Source: Lingula anatina (lineage: Eukaryota > Animalia > Brachiopoda). Taken from it: a DNA stretch of 64,000 nt. The stretch spans positions 2,232,001 through 2,296,000 of the forward strand of contig CM120640.1 of NCBI GenBank assembly GCA_051362555.1. Direction: 5' to 3'. Numbering within the stretch: position 1 is the first letter of the stretch; each line of letters starts with the position of its first letter. Both the position numbers and the translations under genes were made by a program. The notes below the pieces were generated by a model. The model saw only the letters and a program-made list of their open reading frames with translations, had not been told where the DNA came from and made no database searches. Shown here one piece after another: positions 23,501 through 50,494 of this stretch.

Positions 23501-25212
23501 GTCCAGTATGGCATCAGAGGGTGTGTGAATGTCCCCGTCACTGTCAGGGGTGTGGATTTTCTCCCCAGGGTCAGTTATCAGGGTGTCATAAGGTTGTGTG
23601 AGAACAGAAAGGAACAATCTGTATTTTGATATGTGGTCATAAAGAATGTCTGAGATGTTCTCCAAAGCAAGAAACAGATTCTGGTCCACTTTTTTATCAT
23701 TTTTCTTGTGCTCCCAGAAAAGAAGCTTTTCATCCAACAGTCCTTTGAATTGTCTGAATTTTTAAAATATTAAAAAGTTAGGGTTATGTAATGCAGAAAA
23801 CCAACTCAAACCTACAACTTTAACAAAAGCCATTCATTTTGATATTATTTTAACTATTTGTAGGAAAGGGTGAACTTCTTAAAATAAAATTTAGTCTGTT
23901 TAAATCCTTCATATCTAACACTCACAGTCGAGGATCAAAACAGTTGTTGTAAAAAGTTTTGTCTTCCTTTTCTTCTGTGAAACCAAATTTCCTACCATAA
24001 CCAGGAGTTTTTATTGCACTCAGGTACAAATTATTTATCTGAAATAGTGAAGATTCATGTGAGACTTAAACATTTACAAGTATCAAAATTATTTATTTTA
24101 ATTGCACATGCTAAATTAATTATGACTTCACTCATTATGACTTATATTTCTCTTATTTTAGGCAATGAAAATAATGACTAAGGGGGAAAAATACATCCGT
24201 TGTCCAGAGGAGAACTTTTCACCTGACTTTATTTGGTGCTGTGCTTGTTTGGATGGTATTGATTCATAAAATGTGTTCTCAATAAAAAGTAATAAAAATT
24301 TCATCATCTTTATCTATCAACATCTTCATCTCTGAACACGCTTCTGTTGCTGTTCATAACCATATGAGGTGCTACTGGCATTTATTTTATTGTAAGAAAA
24401 GTATAAAATAAATGTAGACATCAGAGGTGTATTTACCTCACGAGATTATTTATGTTATATATCACAGACAAAAATAATACCTTGTCACAATCCAAGAGCA
24501 CAGGTCTTCTGGTTGTTCGGCAGATTGGCCAAACACTAAAAAGAAGAAAATATTTTAAGATGATATCGTTCAAATCGGTGGATGTCGTTTTGGAAGTAAT
24601 TAAGTTATGAATTCAGCACGGAGGGAGCAACTATAGTTACTGCATTCAAATCACTCTTCTTTCACAGCAGTGGAGTTTGTGTAAAAGCCAGGTCCATACA
24701 TTCAAAATCTTCTCCTTGTTTGCATACGAAATATTTTAGAGTCAAAAGTGAAGCGAGATGGGTTTTGCAAAGAACTCCCTAGTAGGCCTGCTTACTCTTA
24801 CTCTTTTATTACTTACTCTTTTATTGCTTTATTACAAGCAATCATTGCTGCTTGAAAAAATTTAATAATGATTAAAAAATTAAAAGGGGGTATACCATTC
24901 GCATTGAGGCGAACTCGTGTCGCTTACAAACCTTGTGCATGAATGATCGTGAAAACTCTTGTCAAAGACTGCTGTCGCCTCAAAAAATTCATCGTACGCA
25001 TCATCTACGTCGAATTCCAGAATCTCCTCGTTGCTGAAAGTAATTCCCGAGAGAATGTCCTCAAATGTGGAAGAAGTAAACTTTTTTTCCACTTCAATGT
25101 TTTGTGTGAAAAGTTCACCGTATAAGTAATCGAGCCGGTCAAGTGAAGACGGAGGTTTCCATAATCTGCAAAATGATTGAAATGCTAATGTTTTCTGGGC
25201 ATTTTCCGTCAT
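20554..25212 (-). CDS. Uncharacterised ~1000-aa protein with an acidic middle, a Q/P/G/W-rich low-complexity C-terminal exon and a PAM2-like motif
   Basis: Long ORFs at 24880-25212, 22943-23737 and 20554-21915, plus small GT-AG exons at ~24481-24535, 22629-22753 and 22276-22382. The exon 1/2 junction is unresolved and I recognise no family. Confidence 0.65.
21937..22156. mobile_element. Tourist/PIF-Harbinger-like palindromic MITE (same family as 44946-45198)
   Basis: TTA-GGCTCTATTCCCATAG ... CTATGGAAATGGGGTG-TAA with internal TAGATCGATCTA / TAGGTCGATCTA arms; CTCACTA and CTTAAATGTC are shared with the 45-kb copy. The superfamily is inferred from the TWA flanks. Confidence 0.7.
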
Positions 25213-26226
25213 CTTATCCCTCTGATGAATTTTTTTACAAAATAGTTTTTAAAAAAGCATTACATACGTTGTTTCTAAGACGGTGTTTATTTGCGCACGT
25301 GGGTAACCATCATGCCATATTTGTGAACAACGTCGACGTCAAAAAACCATGACGCCAGAACGTAACTTCTTTTCTGGTATGGCGCGACTCGAAGCTGTGA
25401 TCAGATCGTCGTTCACACGGACGGTTCTCTAGTCTTATAAAACTTATCTTAAAAATTAAAACTCAGAAAAAGCAAACGTTTACGTTGAAATGAAGACGTT
25501 ACTCCTTTTGCTTTAAAAGATCTTAAAAGAGCGGTCTTACAAAAGACATGAAGACTGAAGAAGAGGAGCAAACGCGAAGCAAAACTTTAGGAACGATAGA
25601 TCTAGCGGCAATATCTTTTTCCCCCTTAACATATTGTTAAAACATATTCAACATTATAATAATCAGTTGTGTTTAAATCGAGTAAGTATTACTTTATCTA
25701 TATTGACTTTAAAAATGTAAAAGTCATGAGGATTAACTAGCTTATAATTTCTCCAAGTCGCGAATTTTTATGAAGCGGAATTGGCACATATTGTTTTAGA
25801 ACAGCGAAAATTTTGTTGTACTAGTATACAGTCCTTTAAAAAAATCAGAATATCCGTGCTATTGCTAAGCTAACAGTCGGATCTAAAGTAAAGATTCTCC
25901 CCTTCCCGCCAACGGAATATCCAAATGTTGTGGTGAATCTACTAATTATGGGACGTAAATGTAATTTCATCGGTTGACGAAAGGAATATTGAGTGAAACT
26001 CATTTCTCTCTGGTTATGGCACGCCAGTAGAGGTGTTATAAGATGACAAGTTTTTATTTGATTATAGTAAAAACAACAGTGTTGTCTCTCGCTGTTAAAG
26101 ACAGTTTGATTGCTGTTGTTAATGGCGATTATTAAGAGAGAATCGAAATTGTTTCAATCGAATTTACAACTAAAACGTGTTTGTATATGTAGAAATCAAA
26201 GTATTATTTGACATTTGTCAGGTCAG

Positions 26227-26339
26227 ACTTGAAACATTTTACAGTACTGAAGCTTACTTGAAATATTCTACAGTACTGAAATTTACTCGAAACATTTTAC
26301 AGTACTGAAATTTACTTGAAACATTTTACAGTACTGAAG
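26227..26339. repeat. 29-bp minisatellite, ~4 copies
   Basis: Unit ACTTGAAACATTTTACAGTACTGAAATTT repeated head to tail with few mismatches. Confidence 0.9.
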
Positions 26340-27045
26340 TACCGCGTTCACTATCATTTGCCGATTTTCATAAATGTTGCCCAAGTGCACATTGGGGCCT
26401 ACCCCACAGATCGCGGCCGACTTTCTTAAGACTAGAGGTCGGTTATTTTGGTTAAAACTTGAACCTTATTTTTAAACTTTCACCAACTCTAAATGCTATT
26501 TTATATCATCACCTACTCTACAATAACAAAATGTCTCATTTCTGAAGAAACTGACAAAATCTGAACAATTATTATTAAATTAATTTTATTTTTAAAGACA
26601 AAAAAAACTTACATTTGTTTTAAATGTACAACCAAGAACATCGACGTCTGTGATATTTTACAACTGTACAAGTAGTTTTAACAGCGCCGAAGAACATGAA
26701 TGGCGGAACCATTTTTATGTCAATTTCTCCAAGACATGCATACTGGCTCCCCTATTAATTTATCTAAACCATCTACGACAGAGCTTGAAATATAGGCATG
26801 AAAAGACTGGTCATATAAAAAGAATCCTCACGGCCTCATTAGTTTTGTTTTGAGTTGTGATCACAGAATGAAAATAACCTTAACAAATAGTAACAACCGT
26901 TTTCCCCCTAAATTCAGTTATCTCAAAACCAAAGTCTCCTCGTCTGAATATGTTGTGAACAGAAATAATAACGAGGCCAAATAAAAAATCCTGGAAGTCT
27001 GTTGGTATTAGTAGCTCCCATTTTTTTCTATTGTCCTTATTTTCT

Positions 27046-30000
27046 CTATAATTCATCTTTTGGTTGTGTTTCTTCTTTTTCCTCTGTTTCTTCTTCCTCA
27101 GGAGCCTCATCAGTCTAAAATGAACACATGACAACATTGAAAGGACTCTGGCTGCAGCACCAGCAGGCACACTTGATGATTTATATTATCATTGCAATTT
27201 TACAAGGATCACTTCAGATGAATTAAATGCTTCGAAAAAAAGAAAATTGTACTACCACTTAAGAAGTACAGAAAATCTAAGAAATGTTACCTTTTCTTCT
27301 TCTTCCTCCTCCTCTTCATCCTCATCTTCTTCTTCTTTCTTTTTATCTGTAAATATAATAAAATATATTGTTCAAAGTGACTTTGAAATGTTACTAGCAT
27401 TCTACAAGTATGTCAATTATTTTAAGAGTTACCTTCTGTGATAAAAGCAAAAAAACTCATTTTTCTTTTGAATGGTAAAAACCATTTATTTACCTTCTTC
27501 TTCCTTAGCCTTTTTCTCTTCTTCCTCTCTCTTTTTCCTTTCCTCTTCATCTTGTTTATCTTTCATCTTTTTCTCAGCCTCCTTGGTCACACCCCAGAGC
27601 TCGTCACCAACTTTCTTGGCATGGTCTTCATCATCAGTTATTAGAATATTGTCAAAAATGGTGCCAGATTTTACCTAGACAAAATTAACATTGGCTTTTA
27701 CTCAGTGATAATTGGTAATACTGATAGATATTTCTGGCAAATGGAAGTACCAACCCTACAAAATCTTTTTTAAATCACACAGAAATGCACATACAAGATA
27801 TGTTTTAAAATTCTACTATGCATATGTCTTGGTGCGGTTAAAAAATATAACCAAATATAAAATCTCAAACTACAAAGATTAATGAATTACATATATTCCA
27901 AGGAATTAACTTTCTTAAATTACAGTGTATGTTGAAAAAGTAATTACCTTTTAAAGAAAAGAATGACAAAATGACAAACCAGACAGTTTATTTATTTATT
28001 TTTCATTTTTCGCTACTCCCAGTTCCATCTTACCTGCCATAGATCAAACCCAATAGCCCCAATATCATCATACTTGTATAAGTTCTCATCAGGGGTATAT
28101 TCTGGGTTATCTATTTCTGGGTGCACCCATTTGCCTTTATAATCTGGATTGTCAATCTGCTTTGGTTTCCATTCGCCCTGTGAAAAAATAAAATGGTGAC
28201 CATTTTAAAGATTGCCATTTGTCAAAGCGCCTTTCAAGTTTCAAATAGGATTTTCCAATTTTTTTTATTTAAAATGGCAGTTAGGGAAGGATTTTCCTCA
28301 ATTTCAAACAGGATCATTTTCTACCTGTTATGAGCTTCACATGTTCACAAATAGAGGCCCTCTGTTTATGCTTAGAAAAGACAACCTACCAGTTGCTCAC
28401 CATGCATTTACTTACCATGATGCTCAAAAAGCCATCAAAACAACCTTATACTAAAGAGTACAGATCAACACCCTGGTTTTACCTTATAATCTGGGTTATC
28501 AATCATTGGTGGTTCCCACTCTCCGTCCATCTCATCATCCCAATCCTCTGGTTTCTTGGCGTCTGGGTCTGGGATATGTTCTGGCTTGTCCCAGTCCTCA
28601 GGTTTGGTATCATCTGGGTCATCAATCTTCTCGCGCTCATCCCAGTCATCGGGTTTCTTTGCTTCTGGGTCCTACAACCAACAAAAAAAGAGAATAAGAA
28701 TTGGAGTAGGGCAAAATGAAAGGGCCAAAGATAATGCCAAACCAATCTAAGATTTCACCATGGGATTTAAATTTATGCAGTCAAAGGGGCTACATAAAAA
28801 TATTCATTTTTTTAAATCAGTATTATTATTATTATTATTATTATTTTAAAGTAGCCAGTAAATCAATTTTTAAATAACAATATTCAAAATTATGTAAAGC
28901 AAATGCAGCCAAATTAAGGAATTTTACCTTGATCTTCTTTGGTGGGAGGAAGTTCCAGTCGTCTTCTAGTTTTCCACTCTCAACTTTCTCATTGTCTATT
29001 TTGACTTCATATGTGTTGTCTGGTCTCACTATCAGGGTGTACAAGTGGGTCATCACATCATCCTGAAATGGTTAACAAAAATGCAACATTTACAAAATTT
29101 CCTTTTGCCTTGTTTAACATATAATGAAAGACGTAAAAAAAAAATTTAACAAAATTCAGAGACCCTTTGCTGATTTTTTACACACTATATTTGAAGAGAA
29201 AATTTAAATATATTCAAAGATTTAAGTTATATTTAAGTAGAACTCATTCTCTTTATTCCCATTTTCAAAGAACCTACCTTGCATCTGATGTCCTTGTTCA
29301 CAAGTAAATTTTTATCTTTGTAGTTGAAAATGACATGGACCTTTTTGGTGCCTGGGCCACAGATGTCAGGGCCTAGAAAATAGCATTAGAAAAACATTAA
29401 TTAAAATGGAAACATCAAATAAAAATCTCCCTCTTTACACATGGTTCCTTATAAAAGTTTTCCATTAATTCAAATTTTAATTTAACAGTTAACAAAAATG
29501 ATGGTGCTCTATTAATAATGTCACTATGTCAGGACACTCACCAAACATTATATTATATGGGGAATCGCCATGCATGTCTCCCTGGTCTAGAGTGCTTGGG
29601 AACACTTTAACGTAGCCACCTCCACAGTCTATGTTCTGTTCATGTTTTACTGTGAACTGAATGACAAGAGTTTTCCCTTCATTGCTGAATTTGTCGAATG
29701 CAGCAGAGAGGCCATAAAAACGGGCATCTTGGGATGTTTGAATGCCTTAAAAAAAGAAAACAATCAAAACATTATCAAACATAATCCACGCATAAGCAAT
29801 GCCACTGAAGGATTTTTAACCATAAATTTTTATAATGTGAAATATCATTCTTACCCTTATCTAATTCTGCATCTCCATAAAATTTTCCTGCTGAATGTAC
29901 GAACTTTCCTTGTTCTGCACCTTTATGTGTGGACTCTACCCACCGTTTTTCCCAGCCATCTGAAACACACACAAAAAAAAATCTATTAACTTTCAGTAGA

Positions 30001-32245
30001 ACAATGTATTGTTTAATTAAACTGATAATGCAAAGGCTGGGATAACAAAGTCTTGCGACTTTGTGTAAAATCAAGCAAGATTTGGCAAAAAGTTGGGTCA
30101 AAAATTATGAGACTAGTGAGGGCAATGCAGAAAATGAATAAAAGCTGACCAATTATCCATAAATATCATGTGGTCGTTTTCTAGAATTAGTCCTGCACGA
30201 AGAACGTATTGTTCCCATTCAACACTAGAGGCACCATGACAGCCAGTGCAATAACACCACAACACGGGGGAGTCTAGAGTTGTTTTAATGGAGAATTTTC
30301 ACAGGGCAAAGAGACAGGGGCAAAGCCCAAAAAGCTGTTCAAAGATCGACTGTTTCAAATAAACGGCTTGCACTGGCCACGATTAATCCAAGCAGGTGGC
30401 TAATGGAAGATGAACGACAGAAATGGAGGACAATATTAACCAATAAGGCATCAGCAAACAGTGCAGTGCAGCAAAATGAAACATACAAAGGGAAGAGGAT
30501 CATGATGTCCAGACAGCAGATATACAAGCCTTCAACTGCCCTCAGTGTGTGAGAGCTTATAAATAAATAAACTGGTCTGAATAGACATCAAAGATGATGA
30601 AGACAAGACCCAACATGATAGTCCTTCCCTGAATCATCAAACTGAAGATTAAACCATCATCATAGTACATCATATTGCATTATTTTTTATGGTTTTCTTG
30701 TCACTTGTGATATCACACAGCACCATCAGCCTGGTTTCAGTTCATACATATATTTTCCATTATAAGGGCAAATATTTGTAACATATGGACAGGAAGATCC
30801 CATTTTTACAATACACTCGGGATGAGTGTGTCAATATTATATCAATTAATGAAATTTTGTAATGTTATCTATTTTGGTTTTAATCATTTCCATGATACAA
30901 TCTGTTATGCCTTATCTTTGAGAACAATGCACATTTCCTGCATTTGTACAAGTTCCACATTATTTCCTTTAGCTTACTGCAGGTAATATTCATAATTATT
31001 GCCTCACCTGAGGATTATGTAACATCCTCTTTGATGTCTATTTACCAAGGAAATCATGTGACTTGCTTATGATTTCAATCAATACAGCATTTTCACTTTT
31101 CTTGAGTTTAAACTGCAATCAGCAACATGCCTAAGACACCTTTAGATCAAGAGGGGGGGGAAAGGGGAGGGGTGGAGGACACATAGCCTTAGCTTTTTAA
31201 AAAAGTTAATTACCTACAAACATTATTTGAAACAGATATGACACTAGTGCAGATACATGCACTGAAAAAAGGCCTGTATCCACCAATTTCAAAATGGAGG
31301 GAGGGCTTTTTCTTTTAAAAAAAGTACAGCATCTTACCCCCCTTTGATGACGCAATGCAACAAATGCCATATAACTTAAGACAAAATTTGATTCCGAGAT
31401 GGTTTGAACATTTTTTGGCCAAAAGGACAGTTCTTTTGAGCTCCCCCCCCCCCTCCCGCCCCCAAACCCAGTGGGATGGGAGGGGAGGAGGGTTGTGAAG
31501 GAGCCTGCGAAACCTCAGCTATTATAGGATTGAACCTTTCTCATTTCACATGATTTACATATGAATGCATGAAGTTTAGGTGTCAACTGTATGAGCATAT
31601 ATATTTTTATCAAAATAGCATGGCCAAAATGATATTACAAGAATATTTTGATGAACAACTCAAAAATCTATATCATAACACTCATTACATAAAATTGAAG
31701 AATTTCAGCATCCACATTATCTAGAGCTCTTACATAGCTTGAAATACGGTACCAACATATTTTTCATTAAATTTGGACAATCAAACAGTGTATACTTTTC
31801 ACCATTTGGTAGTGCTGAAGAATTGAAATCGATTATGAATTTCGCCGATTCACATACAATATCGAGCTAGCTATAGCTGCTCTTAATACTAAGTCCTGTA
31901 TGAACCACTCCCACCGTCTCAATCACCGCCTGTGTACAATGCATAAGACGTTAAATTTCTTGAAAAGTTGCCATGCAATCTCAAATCCACGCACACATAA
32001 ATAACAGTTTCTATCGAAGATCAATGTTACTTGAACAGAAACAGCCTGATTGCGGTCAACTCGCGTGGCTTACGTTATTGAAACTTGCAAGTTATCCCCA
32101 ACACAAGGTAAAGTGGATGCACCCCCACAGAAGTTATATGCCGATCTCCAGATAATCACTTACCACCAAATCTTTCTTCGAAGTATATTGTAGGCTCTGA
32201 TAGAGCCGCACAAAATAATGCTGCCAAACAGAGGAGGGTCTTCAT
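27046..32245 (-). CDS. CALR: Calreticulin, ~10 exons
   Basis: Signal peptide [16 protein letters not shown], then [66 protein letters not shown]-domain repeats ([21 protein letters not shown]), [15 protein letters not shown], an acidic tail and KDEL-TAG (stop 27046-27048). Confidence 0.97.
30270..30600 (+). mobile_element. Decayed 3' end of an RTE-like LINE in calreticulin intron 1
   Basis: Frameshifted fragments read [10 protein letters not shown].., INPSRW..ERQKWR and [18 protein letters not shown], resembling the C-terminal zinc-finger region of RTE-type ORF2. Confidence 0.55.
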
Positions 32246-32309
32246 ATTCTTGGAGAAATCGCACGTTTAGTGCCCAAAATCTAAACCAACGTGGTCTATA
32301 GTAAGAGAC

Positions 32310-32390
32310 ACCGGCCCACGTGATTCAATCTAGACAGCTGGAGGGAGTTGATTGGTCCACGTGTTGTATCCAATCAAAACTCTACACGCT
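32310..32390. promoter_or_regulatory. ER-stress response elements in the calreticulin promoter
   Basis: Exact ERSE-II ATTGG-T-CCACG at 32351-32361; ERSE-like CCAAT-N9-ACACG at 32370-32388; CCACGTG at ~32316. Confidence 0.75.
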
Positions 32391-32812
32391 AGAACTTCGG
32401 TAATTTCCGCATGTATGGAGGAGGAAAGCGATTATTACCGAGTAGCAGTGCATATTGGGAAACGTGACCAACCTAAAATATTTGATTTTCAAAATCTTTT
32501 CTAAATTTAGTTATGTTGACTTTGAGAAATGTATCTGCTATAGCCATTTAAATAAATTAGTATGGGAATTCACTTTCAGTCCTTGTCTACCGCTTTCGTT
32601 TTTCAGTAAGCTAGCTAAGCCAGGGAAGCTTTAATATTGATAGACGTGTTGCCCCACCCTCCCCTCTCCCGTCCCACACGCTCACGCTGGTGTCAATAGA
32701 TAGCATATTGTTGAATACAAGGTTCAAGCTAGCAAGCTTACATATGACATGTATATGATAGTCAAACAGGTTGGGGCGTTTCGCCTCGAGAGTGAAATTT
32801 ATGTATAGCGCA

Positions 32813-32816
<4 letters not shown>

Positions 32817-32857
<41 letters not shown>
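32817..32857. repeat. poly-A tract
   Basis: About 41 consecutive A. Confidence 0.9.
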
Positions 32858-32860
<3 letters not shown>

Positions 32861-33162
32861 GACAATGTCTCAGTCGTGATGTAATACATGTACACCCAAA
32901 CCCAATAGAGAGGTGCATTTCACAAGCTGAAGTATAACAAAAACTGTATGAAACGAAGTTGTCTTCTGTTTTTCAAAACATTAATGTGTATAGAACAAAA
33001 TCCCACGGCTGTCTCAGTTTTGCATCTACATTTAATTTTTACTATGTCTGTAGGCCTACATTATGTAAGGACCCTTAATGGTAACGTATGTTCTGATGTA
33101 ACGAAACCGATTGTCTGTGTAACAGCAAGTCCGCCCTTCATTTAGTTATAATGGTTATAGGG

Positions 33163-33344
33163 TTAGCCTGACCTCCGTTGGTCAAAATCTACCCTCTACC
33201 AGGGCTACATATTGATTTTTACTAGATATTAACGGATATGTCTCTGGTTAAAGAGATGGCTAATCTCTGCTAGCCTCAGCAAATATGTCCACAATAATAA
33301 CTGCGGCCCTGGAAGAGGGTAGGCAAAATCTAGGGCGAGGCTTA
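33163..33344. mobile_element. Small inverted-repeat element (MITE-like)
   Basis: TAGCCTG..CTACCCTCTACCAGGGC pairs with GCCCTGGAAGAGGGTAG..GAGGCTTA. Confidence 0.6.
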
Positions 33345-33488
33345 ACTTAACAAATGAATGGGAAGCGGACTCTCTACGATGTCACGTTACAACTTACACC
33401 GGTAAAGAGTGTACCGGACCATAAAATTTTAATTTTTATATCGCGTTTCGATATATTTTGTAGTGATTCAGTCATGGTAAATTATATA

Positions 33489-33811
33489 TGTACAAGTGGG
33501 TCATCACATCATCCTGAAATGGTAAACAAAAATTACAGCATTAACAAAAAACATTTTCTTTTGTGTTGTTAAACAATTAATGAAAAACATTTTAAAAAAT
33601 CTAAACAAAATTCAGAAACCGTTTGTTGATTTTCTACACACCATATTTGAAGAGAAAATTTAAATATATTCAAAGAAGTAATAATTAAGTAGAACTCGGA
33701 TCTTTATTCCCATTTTCAAAGAACCTACCTTGCATCTGATGTCTTTGTTGACAAGTAAATTTTTATCTTTATAGTTGAAAATGACATGGACCTTTTTGGT
33801 GCCTGGGCCAC
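33489..33811 (-). pseudogene. 323-bp duplicated calreticulin fragment (part exon, intron, part exon); copy of 29038-29360
   Basis: Collinear match from TGTACAAGTGGGTCATCACATCATCCTGAAATGG to GGTGCCTGGGCCAC, including the whole intron and both splice sites. Confidence 0.92.
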
Positions 33812-34000
33812 TGTAAACTGTAACTCAAGAGGCTTTGCGTCATGGGTAATCTATGTAACGTATGTTCCCCAGAAAATTGTCAGAAAGTTTCGTAGTGCCA
33901 AAGTGTATTTTAAATTCCCTCCTTTTATAATATTCAGTAACAAGCAAACTAAAGTCGCTCAAAAAATTATCTGTTCTATACATAAGAATATCATGCTTTT

Positions 34001-34054
34001 CAGGGACGGATCCAGGACTATTTGAAGGGGGCAGGTCCGCGGAAACGAAGTCAC

Positions 34055-34085
<31 letters not shown>

Positions 34086-34300
34086 ACACACACACGCCTC
34101 TGGCGTGGGGTTCGGGGTCCGCTAAAGGGCCTCGAAAATTTTTGGTATTTTAGAGCGCGAATGGTGCCATTTGGTAGGGTTTAGAATTATGACTCAGCTG
34201 GTCAAAATTCTGAATTCAAGAGGGAAATATATTAGTGTGATTTTTTTCAGAAATCGAAGGGGGGTCAAAACCCCCTTGACACCCCCCTAAATCCGCCACT
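34001..34300. mobile_element. MITE, copy 1 (contains a C-run and a (CA)n microsatellite)
   Basis: CAGGGACGGATCCAGG ... CTAAATCCGCCACT; collinear with 34549-34797. Confidence 0.8.
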
Positions 34301-34548
34301 TATTTTTTGCAGCGTTTTACTTGTAGGAGATAAAGTGAAGAATAAAACCAGTGAAAATAAAATTTTCAAAGCGTTGGACGTTTTGCATTTGTGGCAGTAG
34401 GGCCTAACAGACATGTATGTTCCTATCGCGGTTAGACGATAAATTAATTTTTAATTATTCATGGTTCCAGGAGAGTGAAACTTTGATACACACTGCTTCA
34501 TGAGTGACCCTAAAATGATCAAACATAGTTTGTAATCTGCGCACTAAA

Positions 34549-34797
34549 CAGGGGCAGATCCAGGATTATTTGAAGGGGGGTCTGCGGATGCGAAGCCGAC
34601 CCCCCACCTTGGCGTGGGGTTCGGGCCCCGAAAAAAAATTGTATTTATGAGGGAGATCGGTGCCGTTTGGTACGGTTTAGAACTATGATTCAGCTAGTCA
34701 AAAGTTTTATTTCAAGAGGATGTGATTTTTTAATTGAGAAATCGAAGGGGGAGGGGGGGGTCAGGACCACCCTGACAACCCTCTAAATGCGCCACTG
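34549..34797. mobile_element. MITE, copy 2
   Basis: CAGGGGCAGATCCAGG ... CTAAATGCGCCACTG; shares TGGCGTGGGGTTCGGG, GGTTTAGAA.TATGA.TCAGCT.GTCAAAA and AGAAATCGAAGGGGG with copy 1. Confidence 0.8.
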
Positions 34798-35639
34798 ACC
34801 TAAGTTTGTATGAACAGACTGATTTTATTACGTACAATTACGTACACAAATGACGAAGCAAATGAATTTGTCAGTACAAGTGACATCAATCATAGGGGTC
34901 TAATCCTTTTGGAAGATTTAACGGAGCAGAACGAGAAAATCGCCTTGTCTCTCTCTCTTGAATCAAAGCCATTAGCCCTACTACAGTACTGTAATTTAGC
35001 AGAGTCATGTGAATGTGATTGTGAAGGTAGGTAAAATGAAATAATTTTGGACCACAGATGCGTGCGATACGAGAAAATTTATTTAAGCTTTAAATCTCCC
35101 TACGAAACCATTATGTATTTAATCAATGATATGAAATGAAAAGCTGATCAAATAAGTTTTTATTGATATGCAACACGTTGGTATATCTTGGTCAGTTAAT
35201 TAAGATTCCTGCCCCCTTTCCCTCGTCTTCATCCTTCACGAAATTAACTATGTGTTAGCACTCCTCCAGCTCCTGTATACGTTCTCTATTAGCACATTTC
35301 AGAGACCATAATAAATGGTGCCAACGGATAACTTTTCGTGCTAACCTTAGATTAGAAGGATTTGTTGAATAAAATTATGCAAAATTATGCAAAAAGTGAT
35401 AAAATTGATTCAAACAAAGAAAATTGCAAACTTCAGCTTAGTTTTATTTTGTACTTTGAAATGAAAACAGTTTTTAAATTCTAGTACTTTAAACTGAGTT
35501 GAATGATCTATCAATAAAAAAAGAAAAACATGCATTGCGATAGGTGCACTAAGTGGTCCATTTATACGCATGCGCAGAAATCTTCCTGTGCAATGTTGTT
35601 ATCCGAACTTCGTGTGTTGGAATTGTAATTTGATTAATT

Positions 35640-50028
<14,389 letters not shown>

Positions 50029-50132
50029 TACTGTTGGTGCCTAAGATACGGCAATACTACTCCTACTGCAGTTCTTTGGGACACAAAGTGAGCACCGATA
50101 TACCAGTGATGCTGCTTAAATTATATGACAAA

Positions 50133-50494
50133 TGAACCTACTGCAGCAGTGACAGGGCCACAGTGCAGGAAGTGATGCATCAATATTGAACCTACTGCAG
50201 CTGGGGCAGGGCCACATTGCAGGAAGTGATATATCAATATTGAACCTACTGCAGCTGGGACAGGGCCACATTGCAGGAAGTGATATATCAATATTGAACC
50301 TACTGCAGCTGGGACAGGGCCACAGTGCAGGAAGTGATATATCAATATTGAACCTACTGCAGCTGGGACAGGGGCACAGTGCAGGAAGTGATATATCAAT
50401 ATTGAACCTACTGCAGCTGGGACAGGGGCACAGTGCAGGAAATGATGTACGGATATTGAACCTACTGCATCTGGGACAGGGGCACTGTACAGGA
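50133..50494. repeat. 54-bp minisatellite, ~6.7 copies, in the proximal TAK1 3' region
   Basis: Unit TGAACCTACTGCAGCTGGGACAGGGCCACAGTGCAGGAAGTGATATATCAATAT. Confidence 0.95.

Noticed and set aside
25380-25700. Possible small + strand gene (MKTEEEEQTRSK...) divergent from the orphan gene
   Set aside because: Only about 30 codons, with no downstream exons identifiable before the calreticulin 3' end.
26227-26339. CRISPR-like appearance of the 29-bp repeat (also considered for the 54-bp repeat)
   Set aside because: The units are contiguous with no unique spacers, there are no cas genes, and the context is eukaryotic.
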